In this document: positions 11,767-25,200 of the stretch, one piece after another
How positions within the stretch are numbered: the stretch's first letter is position 1
Layout of the letters: each line of letters opens with the position of its first letter
Origin: Botryllus schlosseri
Lineage: Eukaryota
Length of the DNA stretch: 64,000 nt
Direction: 5' to 3'
Assembly (NCBI GenBank): GCA_051294905.1
Contig: CM119378.1
Coordinates: 3,040,001-3,104,000, forward strand
Made by a program: the position numbers and the translations under genes
The notes under the pieces: model-generated
The model's database searches: none
The model's input: the letters and a program-made list of their open reading frames with translations, nothing else
Told to the model about the DNA's origin: nothing

Positions 11767-14700
11767 TGAGATGGAAGCGGGTCGGGTGAGCCGGACCCGA
11801 ACCCGACAAGTTCAGCCCGAACCCGACGGTCGAGTTTTGGGCCCGTTTCGGCCCGAAACCAAGTTCAAATAGCAATTTTCAACTGTTGCGAGCAAATAAG
11901 CTGATATACGATTCAAATTTCGAGCTTTTCAACGCTTTCAATGCTCTCACTTTGTTTTCTTTCGATATCAATCTTGCATATGGCAAGGGAACTTAATATA
12001 TCTGAATGAGAATACGCTGAAAACAGCCACACTGTTAACTTAGTTCCACCATCCTTTTTGCAAAATGTGAACTGTATTAAATGGTTCAATATTAAACTAA
12101 ATTAAAGAAATAAAGGAATGAAATTGGCCAAGATAAGAAAAAATAGTGTGTTCAAAATACAAGTCAACTGTCATCCATACAAAGGGCGTTGCATTCACAC
12201 GTTATACGAAGAATTGATTATTTCAATAGCCTCAACAGTTACTGGAGACAGTCGGGTTCGTCTCTGCGACAAGGTCAGACCGCACGATGAAAAATCTCTT
12301 TCGGATTGCGCACTTGAGCACTGGGCTGCAAACATCTTTCTAGCCACCCTGGAGAGCGTTGGAAAGTCCCGTTCATGGTTTCTCCAGAAGTCCAGCGGAT
12401 TGGGGTGCGATGATGCATTTTGGTATTCCTTGTACCGTTGAAGTTCCTGAAGTAAGTTTCGCTTGATACTGTCAGACGACGCGAGGCTTGGAGCAGAATG
12501 TCTGTCTGTCAAGACCGTCGCGAAATTGGGAGAATGGATCATCAAGTTCGATTGGTCGCATTTCTCTTGCTTCTGATCGAACGTAGTCTTGATTTCCTGG
12601 GCTATTGTCGCCAACCTTTTCCATGTGTTCAATTACCCATTTATCAATGTCCGAGAGCAATCTTATCTTGAATGAGACCTCTTCATTACTAATAAGTGGC
12701 AGAAATTCAAATCGTTTTTTAAATTTGGATCGAGAAAGGTAGCTAGCCAGTGATGGGCCTTCAGCGAAGATTTAAAATATACTGTGTCCAAAAGTTGTCT
12801 AAGCTCTGTCTTCATGGCCTTGATGACGGGATGCTCATTCTGGCAAGGTTTTGCAAGTTCAAACGCCTTATACTAGCGTATTATATCGTTGGTTTGGAAT
12901 TAAACTGCATAACATCAAATATATCGCCGAATGGTTTCATGAATTGTAAAATTTCCGCGTTCATTCTTCGATTAACAGATGCTATGAGCTGCATGCGGTC
13001 TCTGTGTGGTTCTGAAAGAATGCGCACCAAAGCTTCATAACTTTCGTTGATGGAATATGCTCTATCAATATAGCCTTGCCATCTCCGAGTTGACGAGCCT
13101 TTTTTCAACGACACGGGCAGTTGTTCCTGCACACCGGAGGCTTGATTACAATACTTTACCAGAGAAGATGCATTGTTATCGTAATCGAGCAATTCTGACT
13201 GTGAAGTGCATACCCGTGACCATATGGTTGAGAAGCAAGTGTGTAGTCTATGTGCCATACAGTCAAGGCGTGCGGACGTTTCCAACATTCCTACTCGAAA
13301 GGCAGCGACAACATTTGCACGGTGATCGGTAGTTGCCGTAATGTTTGAAGCATCAATAGCATATTCAGCCAATATAGTCTGTATAGCCCGTGAAATATTT
13401 TCAGCAGTGTGACGTTCAGTCCCAAAATGACGTACCGTCAAAACTTGATGTTTCATTTCAAAGGACTTATCAATCCAGAAGACGTGTACGTCTAGGTATG
13501 ACGTATGCTTGTATTCGTCCGTCCACAAGTCCAACGTTACTGCGACGGCTTCGGCTAACTGTGGTTCAACTAAAACCTCTGTTATCCTTTCCCTTATTAC
13601 TGCAGCTTTTTCCTTTCAATATAACGATATAGTTTTACGTCCATATATCACGTCTGATACATTAAAACGTCCATGCGTCGCGGACATGTTCACAAATTGC
13701 TGTAATAGCTTGATCAGGCCGTCATTTTCAACTGATTGAAAGGCATGATAGCCACGAACGCAAAACTCCAATTCAGCAGTTTTTATGTCCAGCTTTTCAG
13801 ATTCGCTTAGTCTAAGCGTTTTATTTGCAAACTGTAACATTAGCTGCTGCTTCTTTTTTCCATGAGACCCAGGCTTGCAATGTTCGGAATGGCGCTTGAT
13901 ATGGGACGACCCTGTTTTTCGGCAATCGTATTTTAATACTAGTTTGCAAACACCGCATGAAACTATTCCGGTCAAAATTTCCGGTGTGACACCAATTTCA
14001 GCATTAGTAGGCTGACAACGCCGTGCTACGACTTTCATTGTCCTCCAAAACTCTGATCGACCTGGAGCAGGAGAAAACGTAAACCGTTCTGGATGTCTTT
14101 GCAATTCTTTTGATAATTCATGTATCGTCTGCATTATTTACTGTTAGTGTAGCCTACTATATAACAATACTACCGCTGTCACATAGCCTAATACAATATA
14201 AGTTAGTTTCCGTATAGACCTAAAGCAATTCACCATTGACGACAAAATCACTATGGCGCATCTAAAAGCTTTCTTTAATAAATATTAACACCGCCGTAAC
14301 ACATCTATCGATCAATTCTGCTGTGCCACAACGGAAGCCGTCGTCTCATCACCTGCTTCTAGCTGTTCAGTTCAGCATGCTTCATCGAAATTAAAACTAA
14401 ACTGGTAGTAATCCAGGCTCCAGCATGGTAATCCATCCATCCGTAAGTCATGTTTTCGTCACAATGTGGCCTGAACAATGATCAATGTCTGGCGTATTTG
14501 GGACACTTGTTTACTATTTAGCTGGCATTGTTTCATTATTCAATCATAGTGTTCGGGCCGTCTTATAATGAAGTTTATCTGGGTTCGTACTTCGTATAAA
14601 ATTTATTCACAGATATTGCCATACTTACGTGATACGGTATTGGTGTATCTTATATGTAGTTGTGCCACTTTCGAACAAAATTGCAAATCAAATTCGTACA

Positions 14701-14826
14701 TGAAGTCAATGCTTTTCGTAGTGACTATTCGGCCCGACTCAATCCCGATAATTTTTATAACTTTGGGCCCGAACCCGGCCCGAGCCCGGCCCGAACCCGA
14801 CAAGCCCGGCCCGACTTCCATCTCTG
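11767..14826 (-). mobile_element. Full-length but decayed hAT transposon (Ac group, Hermes/hobo-like)
   Basis: Ends (ca)gagatggaag / cttccatctctg with subterminal cccgaacccga repeats; TSD ttcggaa(t/g); contains a transposase pseudogene. Confidence 0.9.
12195..14134 (-). pseudogene. hAT transposase pseudogene
   Basis: Three broken ORFs: BED finger (FW..CGVC..GSSHIKRH); DLWTD, TTDH, CMAHRLH, TRRW; C-terminal PLDFW..FPTLSRVARKMF..SSAQSERDFS..RRTRL. Frameshifts/stops between fragments. Confidence 0.9.
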
Positions 14827-14870
14827 TTCGGAAGCTGAGCCGGAAAGTTGACCTTTTTTTAGTCAACCTA

Positions 14871-15559
14871 GGGAGGATGTGGATGGAAAACTGGAACCAT
14901 CCTCGAGTGGACTATTTTCAAGTCAATTACAATATTTATGGGGTGGGGGACCTGTATACCATAGCCAAATCAACCAAAATAGATGGACCAACTAATCACT
15001 TAACAACAGAAACTCGCCGACAACAACAGAAACTCGCCGACATATATATAGGCTGTAAATCATAGGTGCCTGTGGTGTTTTATCGCTATTACGAAGTATT
15101 TGAAAGTCAAAATGTCGATTTGCGGGTAATATGTATGTGGCATTGATTTTGTAAGTTTATGCGTAAATCAAAACATGATTTTATGCCAACATTTGAGTTG
15201 ATATAATCTATTTTATTCTTGAAGGTCGTGACGAAACATTCTTCATTGGCTTGCTGTAGCTTAGCTTATAGTACACAACCAAACAAGTTAACAAATTTGA
15301 GTTTTTGAGCGTATGTCTCATAGGTCCCATGGTCGTGTGCCTTTGGACCCACCGGGTGGGGACCGATGACACGTTTGAGCAACAAATTTTAAACGTTTAT
15401 AAATATTTTTTGAAAAGGCGGATATTCATGTAAATGACCGCGATAGGTAGAGCTTGCATCGAAGTGTTGAGACAGCAAAAGATCTGCTATTCTCGGCTGA
15501 AGATTTGAGGGCCAGAGATCATCTTGCAATTTTTGATCCATCGGTACCACATCTCTCCC
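14871..15559. mobile_element. Second, inverted and partly decayed copy of the pogo-type MITE
   Basis: gatccatcggtaccacatctctccc-ta at ~15535-15561; internal sequence is reverse-similar to 10236-10850. Left boundary approximate. Confidence 0.65.
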
Positions 15560-16014
15560 TATATAAACTGGTTTCCAAGGTTTCAGATATGCGAATCGTA
15601 CGCTACCTACGACAATGACTATCTGAATAAACTGTATCGAATGTATCTGTGGATCGAGAATTCACTACCAGCCGCGCAGCGGACGTGAGGTCAAGCTACT
15701 ATCTGCTGTAATAGTCATACAATGTTCCGCCCGCAAAATATTCAAATGTCGCTTACACATTACAGTATTGAATATTCAAATGTCGCTAACACATTACAGT
15801 ATTGACTACTGCTTCGGGGAGAGAGACATGTACCAGTCCTTGCAATCCGCTCCCTCGAGTAGTCGTACTCGATGTTACACTAAACTTGAGTATGACATGA
15901 ATATATGCTGGGATAAGTGAATAAGTAGTCTACCTATAGTATTACTATAGTATATCCAGCATATTCAATATGATGTTGTATACAGATGTTTGGCTATCTT
16001 TTATCCACAACGAT

Positions 16015-16240
16015 ATGAATCTCTTAGTCAGTTACAATAATTCGAATAAGGTCGTGGAAGTGACCGATACATCGCAAATCAAAATTGCTGTCGAGAGAGC
16101 TTTCAAAGATGAACTGAAGAACCGTCCATTTAGGATACAGTATTTCGAAAAAATGTATGGTGATTTCGTCAATTTGGAATTCGCCAAAATTGAAGATTAT
16201 GGAAAAATGAGACTGATTCCGTTAGACTGCATGACTACCA
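16015..16240 (+). CDS. Gene A putative first coding exon: beta-grasp (PB1/ubiquitin-like) domain
   Basis: MNLLVSYNNSNKVVEVTDTSQIKIAVERAFKDELKNRPFRIQYFEKMYGDFVNLEFAKIEDYGKMRLIP; strong donor acca|gtaagt in phase 1; non-repetitive island between transposons. Confidence 0.6.
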
Positions 16241-19200
16241 GTAAGTCTTCTTCAATTTCAATATGACTTTAGTAATCATTATACTGTCTCGGTTGAGCTG
16301 CCAAGTATAACAAACAGCTTTTATTAAGTGCTTACGGAATATCTATAGGTGGCTGCTGTGAATGAACAGTTTGCTCGTAGTACAGGAGATCATAGAAACC
16401 TGTATCATCATTGATGCTTGCATGCTAGAGCATGAGCATACTTACCTCTGGCAAGATTACTTTTAAAAAGTCGATATAGAGCAGCGGTCACCAGAATTTT
16501 GTAATTTTCTATTGTAGGCAATTTCATCACGTCCCTTATGCAAACGATTCGCAAACTATCGAAAACTTAATCCACTATATATTACGCAGAGGCGGTCAGT
16601 AACGAATACTTCTACTTTTTCGAAGTACTCAAGTAGTTTTCATCTACTTCTGGTACTTACTCGAGTGGATATGATTTTCGCTACTTCTACTTCGTAATAT
16701 TTTGTGATCTACTTACTTACTTTTCGCTATTTTCAGTTTGTCAAGTAGGAGTAGACCTAGTTCAATCCTCCAATCAGGAAGATAGCCTGAGAAATTTCGG
16801 GGCTGTTTTAACGGAGTGTTAACATTTAATTTTCATAAAAGTTGAGTAAAGCCCAGGATATTCGTCATGCTTCGCGCGCAATGGATACGGGGTATCTCAA
16901 TGTTCTTTTGTTTCCTGTTTTCTTTTGCCCTTTTTATTTTATCTAATTGAAAAGTCGATATATATATCCAGAATGATTTCACGAAAACATAGGTGAATAT
17001 AATTTAGGTAGCAGGTTGGCGTGGTTCCGTTCACACCACATTGTCGCCCTTCGCCCATATGAAATATTTCATCACAGTATATACCGATCATCACAACGTT
17101 TGAAGCTGATGTTTTGCAATCTAGCATTTACTTATCATATCATAATCTACCATGTCCATTAGGGTTGTCCAAAATTTGGAAAATCTGACAAATCCCCCGT
17201 TGTAATGTCTTATTCTATAGATTATTGATAAAAAACGACACTGGGCCTAAAAGAAGCTCACAGGAAGGCCGTTAACATCTCTTACAAAGCGTTTGAAAGT
17301 AGCTGCCAAAGAATGGGCGTGCCACCGACCATCGAACGGTGAGAAGACTAGTAATCACGAAACCACGGCTCTTGATTGGCTGATCGGCTATGCTTCAATG
17401 ACCACGGCAGCGGCAGCTTGCTGATTATGTGATCAAGGAGTCTGCTACCGGCGGCGATTCTGAAAGCGCATTGTATGTAGGTTGACAGTTAATGATTTAG
17501 GATTGATTCAGGGTATGTTGAGGTACGAAATACATGATGAACAAACAACAGCTGCTTCACAAAAACGTCTAAAGCATGACGGCTTTAATGTGAAGGACAC
17601 CGCCGTAGCCTATATGCCTTGTTTTCCACGAGGGAGAGCATTGGCGTTTATCCAAGTGGCGACGGATTCCTGGTTTCAGAAAGGATATATCATTATTGAA
17701 TACAAATATAAAGCTTAACAATGACAATTTAATTTGTGTGATCTTATTGGGCTCAGGTTGTAGTACAAAGTTGCAGTTTTGAATGTTCTAGGAATCGGCT
17801 GAATCAGACAGTTAACCTTGGCACTCATCAGATGTTTACAGCAAATTGAATTCACTTGTAAGTGTTTTCAAAGTCCCTAATGATGCCGCAGAAACGAGGT
17901 GTAAATGTAAGCACAGACTATGCTTGATATGATATGCAAACTATGCTGGATACTGTGCACTATGCATCATTGTCTGTGCTTACCTTTACACTCCTTTTCT
18001 GCACGATTATTAAGGACTTTGAAATATCATATCAAGCATAGTATGTGCTTAATTTTACACCCCTTTTCTGCGTCAGCATTAAGGACTTTGACAAGACTTG
18101 CAAGTGAATACAATTTGATGTAAGCATCTGATAAGTGCCAAGCATAACCCGCTGATTCAGCCGATCATTAGAGCTTTCAAAACTTCAACTATGTACTACA
18201 ACCTGAGTCCAATAAGATCACACAGACAAAGTAGTGTCATTGTCAAGTTTTATATTTGTATTCAATAATGATAGATCCTTTCTGAAACTTGGAATCCGTC
18301 GCCACTTATATAAGCGCCTATGCTTTCCCTCGTTGAAAACAAGGCATATAGGCTACGTCGGTGTCCCTCACATTAAAGCGGTCATGCTTTAGACGTTTTT
18401 GTGAAGCAGCTGTTGTTTGTTCATCATGTATTTCGTACCTCAACATACCCTGAATCAATCCTAAATCATTAACTGTCAACCTACATACAATGCGCTTTCA
18501 GAATCGCCGCCGGTAGCAGACTCCTTGATCACATAATCAGCAAGCTGCCGCTGCCGTGGTCATTGAAGCATAGCCGATCAGCCAATCAAGAGCCGTGGTT
18601 TCGTGATTACTAGTCTTCTCACCGTTCGATGGTCGGTGGCACGCCCATTCTTTGGCAGCTACTTTCAAACGCTTTGTAAGAGATGTTAACGGCCTTCCTG
18701 TGAGCTTCTTTTAGGCCCAGTGTCGTTTTTTATCAATAATCTATAGAATAAGACATTACAACGGGGGATTTGTCAGATTTTCCAAATTTTGGACAACCCT
18801 AATGTCCATATCGTGTCCTAATCTGGAAAAGTGGACTCTGACTTTTTCTTTAGTTTTAGAGCTATTTTAGCATACCACCTTTAAAACTTTCTGGACTGAA
18901 GACATGAAATAAATGTTCCACTTTTAGAATGGTAGTAATTATATTTCACTTTCAATTTCCAGTATGATATACTTTGAGTTCTAATTAATATCAGTTCTTT
19001 TGTCTCGATAACATACATGTTGAAGTATTAAAGCAAGTGTAGTAATGTCTTTAATTTCCGGCAATACAGCTACACAATATGGCATTTTTACGATCCACCA
19101 TATTTTTATTGATGTTTACTAATCGCGCAAAAGTGTTTGCACCGTATCCTATACAACTTCTCCGTATCGCTCTTCTACTAAACTTCGGGCCTTATAATAT

Positions 19201-22200
19201 GGGGGAGGGCGACATACCATGATATTTTCTAAAACGTGCGGTTCGAGAAAACAGAGGATTAGTATCGCATTTCCATATCAATACTATCATTTTTATATCA
19301 TGATGCGGACGAATGCTTATGCTGTCGAAAATTGGATACCTCCTGGCATCTATCAATATGAATCGAGCTCGGCACCTTTCGCATAGCACAATGTGCACCT
19401 TTTGACAATCCATGTGAACGAATTAGGATCGTTTTCACAACTAGTTGCTTACTTGAGTAGATTTAAAGTCAGGTAATTCTACTTCTACTTCAAGTAGTTT
19501 TAGGTTGCTGATGGAAGAAGTAGTACTCGTACTTGAGTAGATTTTGTCGTCGCTGCTTCTACTTCTACTTGAGTAGCTTTCTTGACTACTTTGACCAACT
19601 CTGATATTATTTCATCCACGAAAGAGCCGGAATATGTAGCGGCGAACGCGAGATATATGTCTGGATGTGGATTTTACATCAACTTACTACGCGACAATAT
19701 CGGTATTATCTTCAGCACGCAACATGGAACTCGAAGAGGAACAGTGAACACAATGACTTGGACTCAGGCTTGAGTCACAACACTCGGACTAGGACTCAGA
19801 CCCTTGAACCCTGACTTGGACTCGAACTTGACTCGGTGGTGCAGTGAAAATGACTCGACTTGACTCGAGTCAAAACTATAAAAGTAGAATTGACTTCTGA
19901 CTCGGGATCTTGTGACTTGGTTACTTACAGCCCTGCTTTTAGCCATGTTTATTGTTTATGCCAGGGCTTTGGAGCCGAAGCCGGAGCCGGAGCCCCGGAT
20001 CCGTACTTTTTTAGCGGAGCCGGAGTTCTACATGAAATTCAAGTGGAGCCAGAGCCGGACATGGAGCCGGTTGTTTGAATGGTAGCTCCGGCTATTTCAT
20101 ATGATGCTTGTAGCTCCGGCTATTTCATATGATGCTTGTGATTTTGCTAATGGTTGAATTCGCATAATTTTACGATAATCGTTCACAAGATTGAGAATTG
20201 TTGACTCGTTATAGCACCATATTTTCTAACTAACCAGTAACCATGTTCATTAGCGTTGCTCAAAAATGACTTTTTTTCTTCAAATTCAAATTGCTTGATG
20301 ATAAAATTGTCAGGTTGCCTGAAAAAACGCTCCACGCCAAATTTGGGTCAGTTCCGACCAGTAGATGCCGTGCAATCTTAAATTTAAATTTCGACCATTT
20401 TTTCAAACATAGTCTTCACGCTGGCAAATTTCAACACTCCGAATTGACCAAACATCGTGTTCCACACATGCCCGAAGGAAATATTATGCTTTTCGCTGGT
20501 TTACATCTAGTTAATGGCATGTGATACAGTATAGATAATGAAATTGCTAATTTTTGAAAAATTATTGTCACGCTGATTAGTTGGAAATGAGTCAAACAAC
20601 TCTGGAATGGCCTCGTGGAAACGATTATGATATAATTTGCAAATGATATACTTTTCAAGGTTGAAATCGGGGACCATTAAGAGAAAATAAAACACAGTAA
20701 GGCATATTTCCCAGGTCATTGTCGATATCTAAAAGTATCTTCTGTTGCGCCAATGCAGATTTCTCGAAATCGGAACGTCGCTGTGGCTGTTTCTTCGCAA
20801 TGCATTATTATATTTGTTTTTCACGACTCCTATACACCGCTACAATGTGAATTGCGAATTATGAGGTAATATTTTCGGCTATCAGGGATCCGCATCATCC
20901 TTCGGGCATTTATATGTAGTGATCTCGCGTCAATAAACAATAGGATGTTTAGATATGTCATTTGTCCATTTGGTTAGTAATAATCATAACGTTCCTACTA
21001 TCAATAGATCTTCTGAACCATTTCATATTATTCGCCGGATTTGGTGTCTTACCATACAATTGTCTGCATATAGCACAGTAGTACAATGTACATGTACTGT
21101 GCTGTACATTGTACATGCAATAGCATTGAATAAAGTGCGTTCTCGTGCGGGTTTGACGTCATCGACAGACGACACGAAGTAATTATCACATCACAGGGCG
21201 ATGCATGGTCCTACAAAATGACGATACTTTGTGACGGCGATAACCGAACTAGTTGCCGGAGTCGGAGCTAGAGCTGGAGCAGTGCTCATCAATGGGCTCC
21301 GGAGCCGGAGGCGGGGCTAATTTATAATATAAGAGAGCTCCAGTGCTGGAGCTGGAGCAGATTGAAATTTACGACTCTTGCAAAGCCCTTGTTTATGCCG
21401 CCCTTGTTTATGCCACACGGCATAGACGTCGGACGCAGGTATGCTGGATATGCGGCATACTCACAATTCTGTTAGGCTTGCAATTGCGTGAACTAGCTGC
21501 TGAATTGTGCGATTTAGAACTACGCAATGTATTTCGTTGACATGCTTTTACTGCTACTCACGTTAGCAAATTAGCAGCAAAACATCGATCGAACGCGAGT
21601 AATCAGAAGACGCCAGACAAGACGGATACCTCGATATGAAAGATGTAGATTTCTTCATTCATTTCTGCACTGGCTAAATGTAGTGATCGTCATGTGACAT
21701 GATATCTTAATCTGACTTGCCGGCCGGAACAATCGCGTCTGTTGCGACTGTGATGTCTTACTGACTGAAGACGGATGACGTTAACGGAATCGATTAAAAT
21801 ACATACTGACTTTGAACAGATTCAATTGGCGTAATTCATTTTGATTTCCGCTAACACTACTTAAGTACAGCGATGAGAAGATATTGTAGTAACGTGACAG
21901 ACGATCTGTCTAATATACGAGACGTGTAGTTCTCAAGCAGCCATGTATTCAGTGACAACCAAGCACGGAAGCACCTGCGATGTCGTCACCAGGGCATGGT
22001 ATGGTATGGTATGGTATGGAAGTATGGTATGGTATGGATGGATCGATATTTTGGTATGGAATATGGAAGAATGCAAGTATGGTATGGAATGGAAGATTTT
22101 AATCTATGGTATGGAACGGCATTTCCATACTTCCATACTTTGGTATTTTATACATTTTATCGTGGTCTGTGCAAGCTTCATGAATCGTACGTTGATCGCT

Positions 22201-25200
22201 GCTCACTCAATGCGATCGCTTTTGTTATGTGTGAACGTGAACTATAGAACGCTGTGTGTGTGTAGGTACAAATACGCGCTTGTGCAACGGTTTTAGGAGC
22301 ACTTGGAATGACATGATTTTGTGATATAATAATGACAACAGCGATTTGATATTCTATTGAGTCTAGACACGACGTCTCCGAGCATAGTCTATCATGTGAC
22401 GCAATAATTGGTAACGTATAGGCAACTCCAACTATACCTCATTTCTTGAGTGACGACAGCTCACAAGCAATCATGATGCAACGTACTAATTGCTCAATGC
22501 GATTGATAATTACATTTCTTCTGAAACATTGTCCGCTCCACACATTTATACTATTTGCATACCGAGATATCTTATTGGTCATATTTCAAACGCTCTCGCA
22601 TTAGGATTATAAATTAGGGAGTGGGGTAGACATAGTTTGAAATTCTCGCCATGCTAACCCAAACCAAATGCTGTACTAATATTCACGCAGATCGCTGCGG
22701 TATTGATCGCCTGTAGCTGGGATATTTTATGGGTGCGCCTATATTAGAAATTATTTTGCGAGTATTTACTTCAAACTTGCATGTGCATCATGCCAATGTA
22801 CCGGAAATGCGATGATATTCTTATGGAGCAGGGGCGGGCAACTTGGCCAGTCGGTGGGCCGGATATAGGAAAATTAAGTACTTGGCAAGCCGGATTGCTG
22901 AACGGATACATTATTCGCGCATATATGCAAGGAATAAATCGTATTTAATGAATGTATTTTATCGACAGCAATGTCACTTCAAAGCCATTTCTTGCCGATA
23001 ATGACAATACAATGTGGATTTGAGAACAGCATTGTCATACAGGTGCCGCCATGTCTGCTTCTCTCTGATCAACTAACTCACGGTGCAATCCTTAATTAAG
23101 ATTTCAAAGCGTTTCATTAGTCCGGTACCAAAAATTTACCAAGATATCAATTCATTAAGGTTGAGAACATCGTAAATGCCGATAATGCAAGTCTTCTCGC
23201 TTCGACGAACTTACGCGTAAGCTCCACTCTCACACGCTACGCAGTGCGCACACCTATATAATTACATACGCAGTCAACAAAAAAAATATGCGTTTAAGCA
23301 AGTGGTGGGGTATCTCGGCTGACTAGGGCCGCGGGCCACATTATCATGTAAGACGGGAAACTGTCCGCGAGCCGGAAAAAATCTCGTCGCGGGCCGAATC
23401 CGGCCCGCGGGCAGTATGTTACCCGTCCCTTTTATGAACGGTCCTAGATAACAATCTGCTGACTATCTCATTTTGCTCACGGAAGCTGTAGAGTAGACTT
23501 ACACAGCACCTCACCACCGTGGGCTAAACCTCACCAAAACAGACTCTGTAAAACTATCACCGGGAATTAGATTCGCATCATAGCTAGTTTAAGCTATTAT
23601 GACATCCGAAATATCGATAATATAGGTGCTAGAAAAGGTACTATACTTATGATATTGAAGTATTTGAATGTATGGAATATGTATCAAGTATGGTATGGAA
23701 CAATGTAGGTATGGTATGGAAAATTGCAAGTATGGTATGGAGAGAGTAAGGCAAGTATGGAGTATGGAAAATTCTCGTTCATACCATGCCCTGGTCGTCA
23801 CACCCTAGCAGCAGAGATGAGCGGATTTGAAATTTCTATGTCCTAATCCAATCCAAATCCGAACCTTCAAATCCAAATCCTAATCCATAACTTTTGCATA
23901 TTCAAGTCCATGTCCAATCCTAATCCGATTCCAACTGGAAATTCAGAAAAAATATTTCTTTCACAACCAACGATTCATTTGATTCAAGATAACTTAGTAA
24001 CCATAAGTACATTAATAACTGATCTGAATAAAGTTTGTCGCCATTCGCCACACGACATTTCAATCTCCCAGAAAATAGGTAAATCCAATCCAAATCCTAA
24101 TCCGTTCCAAAAAAAAAGTCCAATCCAAATCCGACAAAATTTCACAAATCCTGTTTTTTCAAAACCTAATCCTAATCCATGCTCATCTCTGCCTAGCAGA
24201 GATGAGCGGATTTGAAATTTCCATGTCCTAATCCAATCCAAATCCGAACCTTTAAATCCAAATCCAAATCTTAATCCACAACTTTTTCATAATCCAGTCC
24301 ATGTCCAATCCTAATCCGATTCCAAGAAAAAATACTAATTTATGCAATATAGGGATTCGAAAATTTTCTATCACAACCAACGATTCACTTGATTCAAGAT
24401 AACTTAGTAACCACAAGTACATTAATAACTGATCTGAATAAAGTTTGTCGCCATTCGCCACACGACATTTCAATCTTCTTGAAAATATGTAAATCCAATC
24501 CAAATCCTAATCCGTTCTGAAAAAAATCTCTAATCCAAATCCAATCCAAATCCGACAAAATTTCACAGATCCTGTTTTTTCAAAACCTAATCCTAATCCA
24601 TGCTCATCTCTGCACCCTAGTAGTCCCTTCTCGCGACAACCACAAAAGCTTATAAGCAGCACAAACAATACAACGCAAGCACAGAATGAAGACAATAAAC
24701 AATCCGAATTGAGGCAGTTAGCGGTGCAAAAGTATGAAACAATTGGCAGGGCAGGCAAGAGGTGAATGAAGAACACAACATATTTACACACACTACTCCT
24801 ATAACTACATCAGTACTCCTCGGTGTATCTGCGAGGTGCGGTTCTGTTCCGATCCGACCGCTGACTCGAGATATCAAAATTCCTGACTCATCTAAAGTTG
24901 GTTACTGAACCGATTCCATTTGAGTGGCGCATATAACAACATGATCTTTTATGTCACGACTGTCTGTAGACTGTGAACAGTTGCTAATCAAATAGGTATG
25001 GCGATAATTAAATTAATGTCAACTAAACCACTAAGGGCGGAGATAATAAAGTCAGCTGATCCGGGAGAATGCGAGTCATGTGATTAAAAACTGCTAATCG
25101 GGACGCATTTTAGGCGGAGATAATAAAGTTCCCTGATCCGGGAGAATGATAATCCTGTGATTAAATACTGCTAATCGCGATTCGCGACAAGTAATGTTGG

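Noticed and set aside
15737..15804. Short tandem duplications here and at ~4095-4162, ~4825-4890, ~20080-20140 and ~25035-25180
   Set aside because: Two-copy local slippage duplications with no sign of function.
21943..22296. ORFs with WYGMVWYG repeats, and NPNP-rich ORFs at 23910-24215 and 47428-47781
   Set aside because: Translations of MITE subterminal repeats, not genes.
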